This document shows positions 24,901-35,052 of a stretch of DNA of 64,000 bases, piece by piece (the stretch's first letter is position 1; each line of letters opens with the position of its first letter). The stretch lies in assembly GCF_021869535.1 (NCBI RefSeq), contig NW_026262581.1:16058001-16122000 (forward strand), in the 5' to 3' direction. The position numbers and the translations under genes are program-made. The DNA comes from Mytilus californianus. Its lineage: Eukaryota. Below the pieces are notes generated by a model. The model ran no database searches and was not told the origin of the DNA. It saw only the letters and a list, made by a program, of their open reading frames with translations.

Positions 24901-27900
24901 GTCTGTTTGTTTAGATTGGCATATGGTAAGTACTTGTTTGTTTATATTGTGTAAGGGTAAAAGTCTGTTTGTTTAGATTGGCATATGGTAAGTACTTGTT
25001 TGTTTATATTGTGTAAGGGTAAAAGTCTGTTTGTTTAGATTGGCATATGGTAAGTACTTGTTTGTTTATATTGTGTAAGGGTAAAAGTCTGTTTGTTTAG
25101 ATTGGCATATGGTAAGTACTTGTTTGTTTATATTGCGTAAGGGTAAAAGTCTGTTTGTTTAGATTGGCATATGGTAAGTACTTGTTTGTTTATATTGCGT
25201 AAGGGTAAAAGTCTGTTTGTTTAGATTGGCATATGGTAAGTACTTGTTTGTTTATATTGCGTAAGGGTAAAAGTCTGTTTGTTTAGATTGGCATATGGTA
25301 AGTACTTGTTTGTTTATATTGTGTAGGGATAAAAGTCTATTTGTTTAGATTGGCATATGGTAAGTACTTGTTTGTTTATATTGTGTAAGGGTAAAAGTCT
25401 GTTTGTTTAGATTGGCATATGGTAAGTACTTGTTTGTTTATATTGTGTAAGGGTAAAAGTCTGTTTGTTTAGATTGGCATATGGTAAGTACTTGTTTGTT
25501 TATATTGTGTAAGGGTAAAAGTCTGTTTGTTTAGATTGGCATATGGTAAGTACTTGTTTGTTTATATTGTGTAAGGGTAAAAGTCTGTTTGTTTAGATTG
25601 GCATATGGTAAGTACTTGTTTGTTTATATTGTGTAAGGGTAAAAGTCTGTTTGTTTAGATTGGCATATGGTAAGTACTTGTTTGTTTATATTGTGTAAGG
25701 GTAAAAGTCTGTTTGTTTAGATTGGCATATGGTAAGTACTTGTTTGTTTATATTGTGTAAGGGTAAAAGTCTGTTTGTTTAGATTGGCATATGGTAAGTA
25801 CTTGTTTGTTTATATTGCGTAAGGGTAAAAGTCTGTTTGTTTAGATTGGCATATGGTAAGTACTTGTTTGTTTATATTGTGTAAGGGTAAAAGTCTGTTT
25901 GTTTAGATTGGCATATGGTAAGTACTTGTTTGTTTATATTGCGTAAGGGTAAAAGTCTGTTTGTTTAGATTGGCATATGGTAAGTACTTGTTTGTTTATA
26001 TTGCGTAAGGGTAAAAGTCTGTTTATTTAGATTGGCATATGGTAAGTACTTGTTTGTTTATATTGCGTAAGGGTAAAAGTCTGTTTGTTTAGATTGGCAT
26101 ATGGTAAGTACTTGTTTGTTTATATTGTGTAAGGGTAAAAGTCTGTTTGTTTAGATTGGCATATGGTAAGTACTTGCTTGTTTATATTGCGTAAGGGTAA
26201 AAGTCTGTTTGTTTAGATTGGCATATGCCGGTAAGTACTTGTTTGTTTATATTGTGTAAGGGTAAAAGTCTGTTTGTTTAGATTGGCATATGGTAAGTAC
26301 TTGTTTGTTTATATTGTGTAAGGGTAAAAGTCTGTTTGTTTAGATTGGCATATGGTAAGTACTTGCTTGTTTATATTGTGTAAGGGTAAAAGTCTGTTTG
26401 TTTAGATTGGCATATGGTAAGTACTTGTTTGTTTATATTGTGTAAGGGTAAAAGTCTGTTTGTTTAGATTGGCATATGGTAAGTACTTGTTTGTTTATAT
26501 TGCGTAAGGGTAAAAGTCTGTTTATTTAGATTGGCATATGGTAAGTACTTGTTTGTTTATATTGCGTAAGGGTAAAAGTCTGTTTGTTTAGATTGGCATA
26601 TGGTAAGTACTTGTTTGTTTATATTGTGTAAGGGTAAAAGTCTGTTTGTTTAGATTGGCATATGGTAAGTACTTGTTTGTTTATATTGTGTAAGGGTAAA
26701 AGTCTGTTTGTTTAGATTGGCATATGGTAAGTACTTGTTTGTTTATATTGCGTAAGGGTAAAAGTCTGTTTGTTTAGATTGGCATATGGTAAGTACTTGT
26801 TTGTTTATATTGTGTAAGGGTAAAAGTCTGTTTGTTTAGATTGGCATATGGTAAGTACTTGTTTGTTTATATTGCGTAAGGGTAAAAGTCTGTTTGTTTA
26901 GATTGGCATATGGTAAGTACTTGTTTGTTTATATTGTGTAAGGGTAAAAGTCTGTTTGTTTAGATTGGCATATGGTAAGTACTTGTTTGTTTATATTGTG
27001 TAAGGGTAAAAGTCTGTTTGTTTAGATTGGCATATGGTAAGTACTTGTTTGTTTATATTGTGTAAGGGTAAAAGTCTGTTTGTTTAGATTGGCATATGGT
27101 AAGTACTTGTTTGTTTATATTGTGTAAGGGTAAAAGTCTGTTTGTTTAGATTGGCATATGGTAAGTACTTGTTTGTTTATATTGTGTAAGGGTAAAAGTC
27201 TGTTTGTTTAGATTGGCATATGGTAAGTACTTGTTTATTTATATTGTGTAAAGATAATTGTGTTTGTTTGTATTAGATTGACTGAAAGTCAGTTGTTGAC
27301 TTTTCATATCCGATTTGTTTCATCACGTTTGTGCCACAAATAATCTGTGATATTTATTGAAAAAAATCCTAATTTTTGGACGATTTCAAACATTTTTTTT
27401 TAATCGTTTTCTCTTCACAACTTCAAGGATGTATATCAAACAAATATTACTATTTCAGTTTCAAACCATATGTGTTGATTGTAACACCAAATAATGTTGT
27501 AGAAGTAGATACATATATTTAGTGTAATTATTGTGATTGAGCTATACATGTTGTTGATTGGGCTATAGAGGAAATGTTTTGAAAAAGCTTAAACCAAATG
27601 CCAAATGGTAACAGCATATTATTTATAAATTATAGATAAAGGCACCGAGATCACCCATATGCCCAAACATAAGGTATTTCATCATTGTTTAGAGAACACA
27701 ATGTTTTGTGTCCTATATAAGCAATTATAAGTTTCATTTGAAAAATAGTTGTACAATAAGGGTATTGTGAAATCAAACTCCTGTTTTTTTTGTTAATCAA
27801 GTCTATTGGTTTTCGTACGGAAGGATTATACTTCTTTACCATAAATAAAGGTTGTTCTCGTATTTCATGTTGTGGTTAAAAAAAGAAGTTTGATCTCTTG

Positions 27901-30900
27901 TAAATGTACGTTTAGTTCTTTAAAATATTTCGTCAATTTCGTCTTTTCTATAACCAAATAGCCTTTCTTGGCGGGAGTGACCTAATATAAACGATTCATG
28001 TTTTAGCCTTGTCACAGATGTCAAGCTGGTGGATTTCTTATATGTGCTGGCTGTGAAGGAAGAGGACGGGTATGTATATCTGAATCAATAGAACATTTCT
28101 CCCGTTTTTGATAGACAAGACAATACTTTATTTGAGTCCAACCTCTAAATTTGATTTAAATAAAACATACCAGTAATTTATATAATATAGACATATAATA
28201 TGCTAGAGCCACTCTAAACCGAGTTACGAGAGACAATCTTTAATATGTACATAATCTACAAAATTTAAATAAGCAATATCATATACATTTAGTTTTCTTT
28301 AAAATGTCATTGCAGTATAAAACTTTTATTAAAAGTACAGATTTTCATTTGTAAATAGAAATATTAATTTCGCGTCATCAGACAAATACATACCTAACGG
28401 TTTTGAACTGCAAAAAAAAAAACACCATCAAAGTTTATGTTCTTTTCATTTATCTAGAGACTCAGTGTCATATTTTGTTATTCTATTTGCATACACGTGG
28501 TGGTTTACTGCTATTATCTATTGTATGAAATAAAGAGTATTGTCTTCTGTAATGACTTATTCAAATTATCTTTTCATTTACTGTGTACTATTGTCTTTGT
28601 TATGTCTACATAATTACATTGTTATCTTTTAGCTTTATTGTGGTATGTGTAAAGGAAAAGGAAGGAGACAACAGCGTGTTAAGGACAGTCAGGGTGTATG
28701 GAGAGCAGGAGTGCACAACTGTGATGTATGTGGTGGATCCGGCAAAAAGCCGTAAGTATCAATTGTACAATCGAAAGAAGTGTCAACGTAGCGACAAATT
28801 ACATAAAATAGATACAAAAGTTACCAAAGAAATAACACAAATCAAGTCAAAGAGAGTTCTACAAACATTGCAAAATACGGAGAACAACGAAAAGACAATA
28901 CATAAAACATGAAAGACTGTCTTACTCGACCCCACCAAAAATCCGCAAGGATAAGAAGATTCTACTTCACAAGTGATACCCGCCCTTTTTCTCATGATTG
29001 CAAACGCACAATACAATCCTTCTAGAGAAGGCCTATTTATACCTAACATTGGTAATGAGAAGGCCTATTTATACCTAACATTGGTAATTTAGTGTTTGAT
29101 AATACTTTTTTTAGTTGGGGTTAATGTGAATACAAAATATGTTTTATAACATTTTCAATTGATCTTAATATTTAGTTGATTTGTATTTCTTATTTGCCTT
29201 AGTTACACAACTGCCGAGAAATGCAAAGTAAACTAAAAGTTATGATATTTATGTACGTCACTCTGAGGAGGAGACTTTGTTTTAACAAAATACATTCTAA
29301 TTTTAGAGGTAATAAAAATCATAGTACCTTTTTTTAATATTTTAGTTGCTCACGCTGTAATGGAACTGCACGAGTGACGTGTCCAAGTTGCCAGGGACAA
29401 ACAAAGCTGAAATGGTACATTCAGTTGTTGGTTACATGGTTAGTAACTTGAATTTTACATGAACATAAACCAGTATCGCGTAGTTAACCAACACACAGAA
29501 CCATCGCATGCGAGTGACATAAAATGGTTATCTCAGTACATGTAAATGCAAATTATTGGACAAGGACCAATATCTACTTTTTTCCCTGTAAATCATAATA
29601 TAATATAAAAGAAATATAAATTATACTATAATTCTTTCAGTCTTGTTTGTTTTTGTTTAGAATGCATATTTGTGTAAAGGTTGGCGATCTGTGATGATAA
29701 GTTCACACACTTAAATGTCTTTTTGTAACGTTTACACAAGTGATCGATTAAGCATCTAAAAATTTACGAAATTTATAAAGTGTAATTTTCATTTGCTAAC
29801 ACTGGACCGATACCACTACTAATGAACTGTTAGTCCCCGAGATTATTAGCAGCTGTAATTATACGTAATTTGTGATTAAGAAGAAAAAATCAAAATCCTA
29901 AAGAAATGAAATGTCAAACGGCTGCAATGCATGCTGGACTATTTAAAGGGTTTTGGTATATATGAAGCTAAGGAAAACCTCATGAGCTTCATGTATATTC
30001 ATATTGTTACTTTCAGGAAAACCTATAAAGGTGATCATGTTGTCGGAAAATCCAATGTTCCAAAAGTACTTGTGAGCAGAGTTCCTGGAACAATAGCTTT
30101 CGAAGATGTACAACCAATGGTATGATTGAATACAGTGTCATGTTAAAGGTTCACAAAGAACATAAACCTAATGTATTCAGTTTTACATATGCATGTAAGA
30201 GGGGAATAATTTTACATGAATTCATGCTCCCTCAGTTTTTTCTACCATGATTTGTGTCTTCTTTATTCTATTTATCTGATTTAAACATCAGTAAACTACT
30301 GTTGTCTCTAATTTAATATCAAGAACTTTCATCACGCATATAATAGACTAATGTATTTACTTTAATTTAGATGGCTACATTTTACAAGTTTTACAAAAAA
30401 ACATAAATGTTTGCATGAAGCGAAATAACCCAATAATCGTCTGCGAAAATTATTAATATTGGACCTTGAAAAACATTTTTACATTCAATCGGAGAAATGT
30501 TAAGAAAGTTCACAGTTACATCTCAACATATTGAAATTAGTGTTGTATGAATGTTTTGTAATAAAAAGTTGAAAACATAATTGGTTAACATGTTCACATT
30601 AACATATATTTTTTTGTTTATATTTCATATTTTTGTAGCATTTAAATGTTATAATGCAGATAAAAGATCAGAGTACTTTGACATGTTATCACCCTGGGGA
30701 AATTTCTAAAAGCTATTTTTAAGCCCCACCTAGGGGCATTATGTTTTTCGGTCTGTGCGTCCGTTCGTTCGTCCGTCCGTCCGTCCATCCGTTCGTCCGT
30801 TAGTTCGTTCGTTCGTTCGTCCGTCTGTCCCGCTTCATGTTAAAGTTTTTGGTCAAGGTAGTTTTTGATGAAGTTGAAGTCCAATCAACTTGAAACTTAG

Positions 30901-32516
30901 TACACATGTTCCCTATGATATGATCTTTCTAATTTATATGCCAAATTAGAGTTTTGACCCAACTTAACGGTCCACTGAACATAGAAAATGATACTGCTAG
31001 TGGGTCACCCGTGTACTATGAACACAATCTTGTTTTCGATTGGTACTGCTAGGTATATGTGAAAATTATTTATCTTCACTTTGTTCACTGGAACAAAATA
31101 ACTGAATATTATTTTTATATATCTGCTAGAAACATCAAAGAATAATATAATATACAATTGTTTACAGACTGAAGTATGTGTACAAAGCGGCATAACTAAT
31201 GTCTGTGTTGTTAAATTCTATTTTTCCTTGTTTACGTTAAAATCAGAGAGCGGATTCGTTTATCCTTATTTTGGTATCAAGTCTTTTTGTATGTGCCTGT
31301 CTTAAGTCAGGAGTCTGTAATTCAGTGGTTGTCTCTCGTTGTCGTATGTCACATTGCACTTTGATTTTGATTTTAGCATTGCTTTCTCGTTTGAAGTGTT
31401 TCACATTTTGTCTTTCCAGGACCTTTTATAGTTTACTATACGGTATGGGTTTTGTACATTGACGAAAGCCGTACGGTGGACCTTTTATTGTATCTGGTGA
31501 ATAGTTGTCTCATTGACAATCTTACCACATCTCCTTATATTCATATTTGAATATTAAACTTTAATATATATTTAAGACTTGGAAACTTATATCTCAGGAA
31601 TTTTCAGTTGGAAACAGTTTTTTTCAAAATATTTTATGATGTTGTGAAGATTTTTTTTTTCAATGCTTCATTGGCATATGTGTGCATTATATTACTAGAC
31701 ATGCTATGACTACATCGAATACCATTCCTTTTCAGTTATATCCAATAACGAAGTCTCCAGATCCTGAAATTATGACAGCCTCCACTCGTTTGTTGGCAGA
31801 ACAGAAATTCCCACATTCTCTTATTTTGATGCAGGTACGTTATTACAATGCGTGTTTGCCTTAGATGTTATATACACACATTGGGCTGTCAAGTTATTAA
31901 AACCATTTGTTTTGATGGATTTAATTTGGGTTGATGCCGTATGTTGAGCAGGATATTTTTATCATCCCGGCATACCTTAAATCAACTCTGCCTTTCCTGT
32001 AAATAGCGAGAAGATGCCAATTCCAACAGGATAGTAAAATTTTAGGTGGATGAAAAAAAATGACAATACTGCGCTCAAAAGAAACGAAGAAAGACTGGCA
32101 ACAGTTCACACAATAATATAGAGAACTAAGAATTGAGTAACGCGAACCAACCAAAAAGCAGATGGGTGATCTCAGGTGTTTCGGAAGAGTAAACATTTCC
32201 TGTTGCACTCGTGACACCCATTGAGTTGCTTGAAGCAATTAAAAAAGAAACTGTTCAATAATCATAAAGAAATAAGACCTTTTGTTTACATTAAGTCAAA
32301 TTAATAACACTAAGAAAGTCTTGCAACAAAAACTATCTCTTTACATTCTAAATATTGTTATATTTTCAGCGACATAAGATAAAAGTGGTCCCTGTGACAA
32401 AATGCGAGTACAGACATAATAACAAACTTATCAGTTATTATGTTTATGGTTTGGATTGTAGAGTTCATGCTCCTGATTATCCTGACCAGTGTTGTTTTGG
32501 CTGCGAGATTATGTAA
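9951..32516 (+). CDS. SSUH2: SSUH2-like protein, paralogue B, complete, 13 coding exons, 388 aa. Exons 9951-9964, 11096-11139, 14032-14115, 17132-17210, 17433-17565, 18887-18947, 22626-22753, 28007-28069, 28633-28751, 29346-29438, 30017-30119, 31736-31834, 32370-32516
   Basis: All introns are GT-AG and the phases join into one 1167-nt ORF: MAQIGPGAGGPDSVDKNDPVILEGVGENVQVGLPTDLYVIPGYSVEGGSLPPPMPP...VPVISHERAKKALLDHIETQCCWGKG...YTLETFTETRSTQWQMEPFRGQFIDGPENG...PWGI...EVPHTASVRPCHRCQAGGFLICAGCEGRGRLYCGMCKGKG...CDVCGGSGKKPCSRCNGTARVTCPSCQGQ...YPDQCCFGCEIM*. It has six CxxC motifs. The first three exons are less certain (0.65) than the last ten (0.92). Confidence 0.87.
12270..13999 (+). mobile_element. 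HINE/Helentron-like element with a ~500-bp tandem unit (x3 plus a partial copy), 5'-truncated
   Basis: Units start at 12279, 12781, 13281 and ~13794. The 3' end is aggtgagcgacac, then hairpin aggctctttagagcct, then ctagtt. Confidence 0.75.
14032..14115 (+). CDS. SSUH2: SSUH2-B 84-nt symmetric (phase 1/1) exon, VILEGVGENVQVGLPTDLYVIPGYSVEG
   Basis: Acceptor ttctattttag, donor GAG|gtaagt, stop-free and in frame between exons 11096-11139 and 17132-17210. Resembles the N-terminal 'PGY' segment of SSUH2 proteins. Confidence 0.7.
14145..15195 (+). mobile_element. Truncated Penelope-like element remnant: RT C-terminal ORF fragment (14199-14456) between ~40-bp inverted repeats
   Basis: ORF HRYKDLVCKFGCTCKKLISDGITHLKFYGNVVYRARK resembles PLE RT C-termini (FY.RH.ELV.K....L...GI..P.FYG.LVY). 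14145-14184 and 15156-15195 are inverted copies of each other. Confidence 0.55.
16175..16925 (+). repeat. ~210-bp direct duplication (16175-16385 and 16715-16925) enclosing a minus-strand hammerhead-like motif (16521-16564)
   Basis: Near-identical blocks offset by 540 bp. The minus strand between them reads acatca CTGAAAA gac attaatt gtc GAAA tccgt ATA tggtgt. Confidence 0.8.
17802..18260 (-). mobile_element. SINE-like interspersed repeat with a (CAAT)n tail
   Basis: A GC-richer island ending in ...ccacgggacgttaagcaatcaacactcaatcaatcaatc on the minus strand. The same 3' end occurs as a fragment at ~5548-5585 (+). No tRNA head was identified. Confidence 0.5.
19214..22157. mobile_element. Kolobok-like non-autonomous DNA transposon, 2944 bp, inside the SSUH2-B intron 18948-22625
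   Basis: Perfect 20-bp TIRs aggagacatgacacgatttt (19214-19233) / aaaatcgtgtcatgtctcct (22138-22157), flanked by TTAA on both sides (19210-19213, 22158-22161). A TTAA TSD with purine-purine (AG) termini is characteristic of Kolobok, whereas piggyBac termini begin CCY. Confidence 0.8.
22771..27251 (+). repeat. 62-bp minisatellite, ~72 copies, filling most of the SSUH2-B intron 22754-28006
   Basis: Unit tatattgtgtaagggtaaaagtctgtttgtttagattggcatatggtaagtacttgtttgtt. Period is 62 (22771, 22833, ...), very homogeneous, with no spacers. Confidence 0.97.
29025..29088 (+). repeat. Perfect 32-bp tandem duplication
   Basis: gagaaggcctatttatacctaacattggtaat occurs at 29025 and 29057. Confidence 0.9.
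30717..31035 (+). mobile_element. Short HINE/DINE-1-like element with a (TCCG/TTCG)n microsatellite
   Basis: 5' palindrome gccccacctaggggc, tetranucleotide tract at ~30760-30825, and 3' hairpin gtgtactatgaacac followed by aatcttgttt. Confidence 0.65.
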
Positions 32517-32807
32517 ATTATTTGATTCTTGATTAGTTTGAAAAGTTGGAACTATTTAAAGTGAATGAAATCATTATAGATTTTCATGCAGTGCATGCCA
32601 CTTGTTCAATATTAGATATTTTATGCATTTTTATCGTCTGTTCATTTTACTAGACCATTTACTTGGATTTAAGCTTTGTGTTACTTCTTTTTAAAAAAGA
32701 AATATTTTATTTGTGATCAATGATTTTCTTAGAGATTTCGTAATTTCCGTCCAGTTTATATGCATGTGATCTTTTTTGTTTTTTTCCTTTAAATTCTATG
32801 CTTGTTT

Positions 32808-32813
32808 AATAAA
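32808..32813 (+). promoter_or_regulatory. Candidate polyadenylation signal of SSUH2-B
   Basis: AATAAA about 290 nt after the stop codon, with U/GU-rich sequence downstream. Confidence 0.4.
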
Positions 32814-34221
32814 TATTTATTACACTTGTCGTACTATTTCTTGGCTTTTGTACTTTTACAGTATTATTTGACGTTTCTATTAGATAAGTTAAGTTTGAAT
32901 GCCTGATTTTTATTGTTTATTTTTTTTATGTTTTTGTTTACTTAAGTGCAATTTATTGTGGATGGTTTTAGATATTTAGATATGCTGCATAAGGTTAATT
33001 TCTATTGAAATTTTTTCAACGTATAATGGCTGGCTTATGGTAAGGCTTAATTGCATAAATATATTATGCTTCGGGTATACAATGAATATTGTATTTATCT
33101 GCACTTTTTTTGGGATCTTGGCTGGAAGAACAAATAAGCAGACATTTTGTCATTCCGAATATGGAAAGGTTGGAAGTGGACTTTTTATCTGATGTTCTTG
33201 TAGGGAAAGCACCATGCTCACTGTACGTGTCTCATGTTCACATCTTGTTGTCAATATAACGGAATTCTATATGACTCTCATACAAGTGAGGGGTTAAGCT
33301 AGCTATAAAACCAGGTTTAATCCACCATTTTCTACATAGGGAAATGGCTGTACTAAGTCAGGAATATGACAGTTGTTTTCAATTAGTTTGATGTGTTTGA
33401 GCGTTTAATTTTGCCATTTGATAAAGGACTTTTCGTTTTGAATTTACCTTGGAGTTCGGTATTTCTGTTATTTTTCTTTTTACGTAAATAACCATTGCTA
33501 TGACTTCTTGAGGGTCGAGACATTTTTGTCCAAACTCGATCAAACAGAAGATGCCAAAAATACACGTAAGTTGGGAGCAATGCTAGAGAAGGTCACCCCA
33601 TTTCATAATTGTAGTGAACTAGTAATTGACATGGGCAATAGAGGAACAATGGATATCGACACAACAATAGGTGATATAAACGTTGTAAATGAGTGGACTG
33701 TATCAAGTGAAATACAGGTGTTTATTTGTTAAACCATCTTCTGCAGTCTTGACAAAATAACTTCAAAATCCAGCGAAGTGTGTTATTTTCTGAAACATAA
33801 ATGCATATAACTTTTGTATGTGTAGTCCAGTCATGCTTTAAAATTTTTCTAGGTGCACATGTTTGTCTGTAATCAACGTTTGTGATGTAAAATTGGCCAT
33901 ATTTGTAAATACCTTAATAATAATTCAACATATAAAATTTGTAAGAATATTAAACACTGGCGAAATGTTATGAACCTTGTTAGTTTGGAAGGTATTTAGC
34001 CAATTTGAACAAACAGAAAAATGGAAATATTCAGCATACCTCTCATTTATAAGAAACCTTTCTAAAATTGTCTGTTTATAAAATTTGCAATAATTATGAA
34101 GAAACTAAGGTTTCAACTCTATCAGGTAAATTTGACCTCAGACGGGTGTCCTGTCTGATCATAAAGCTCTTCAACTGATTCGGTTCTTATACATATTTGG
34201 CTTACATATATTCGGCTTTGA

Positions 34222-34262
34222 GCGTTCTTATGAAGGTAAATCCAGAAAAACGCTTCGGACGC
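34222..34262 (+). repeat. Degenerate hammerhead variant 2
   Basis: gcgttc TTATGA aggtaaatcca GAAA aacgc TTC ggacgc. Stem I pairs, but the CUGAUGA core is damaged. Confidence 0.55.
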
Positions 34263-34480
34263 ATGAAATTTACAAAACGTTGATGAAACTTGATGTTTGA
34301 ATAACACAATGTTTTCTAAAAATATAAAGCAAATTTCGGCAACAGTAACTAACCGATGTTCAAGTCTCATAAATCGAACAAAACAGATACAAATCATGGT
34401 AAGAAACAAAACTGAGGGAATTGCATTATGTGAATTGCATAAACTCCAAAAGGTGTGCGTCGACAGGGTAAATATGTTCA

Positions 34481-35052
34481 TTTTTGTCGAGCCTGCGACT
34501 TTTCTTAAACTATCCTGGATTTGCACCACACTTGGACAGAAGCTTATTTGTTATTCCTAAGAAAGTATTCAAAAGTAAATTTTGTTAAAAAAAAATCCTG
34601 TTTATCCGTATTTTACTTATAAATGGACTTAGTTTTTCTGCTAGTTAACATTACATAAACTCTGTGGTTAAAGCTTTCAAAATTTTAATACCTTTAATTT
34701 ATTAAACTATCCTGGATTTGTACCAAACATGGACAGAAGCTTGTTTATGATCAAAAGCTAGTATCTTGAAGGAAATTTTGTAAAAATTTATTTCCTGTTT
34801 TTCCGTATATTACTTATAAATGGACTTATTTTTATTCCAGTTAACATTACGTACAGTCTGCGGTTAAATTTTTTAAAACATTTATTAGATTCATAAACCT
34901 TCTTGGATTTTTACCAAACTTGAATAGAACTTACAATCAAAAGATAGTATCTAGAGGAAAATGTTTAATAATTTTTCCCCATTTTTGTTGAGCCTGCGAC
35001 TAACAGCAAAAGTAGGAGAGACACTGGGTTCTGCGGAACCCTTACGAATTTT
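34481..35052 (+). mobile_element. HINE-like element (same family as 48448-49404)
   Basis: 5' tttttgtcgagcctgcgac, internal ~170-bp degenerate units, and 3' hairpin gggttctgcggaaccc (35026-35041). Confidence 0.65.

Noticed and set aside
22771-27251. CRISPR array or repeat-encoded protein
   Set aside because: There are no unique spacers and the context is eukaryotic. The 62-nt unit is not a multiple of 3 and contains stop codons.
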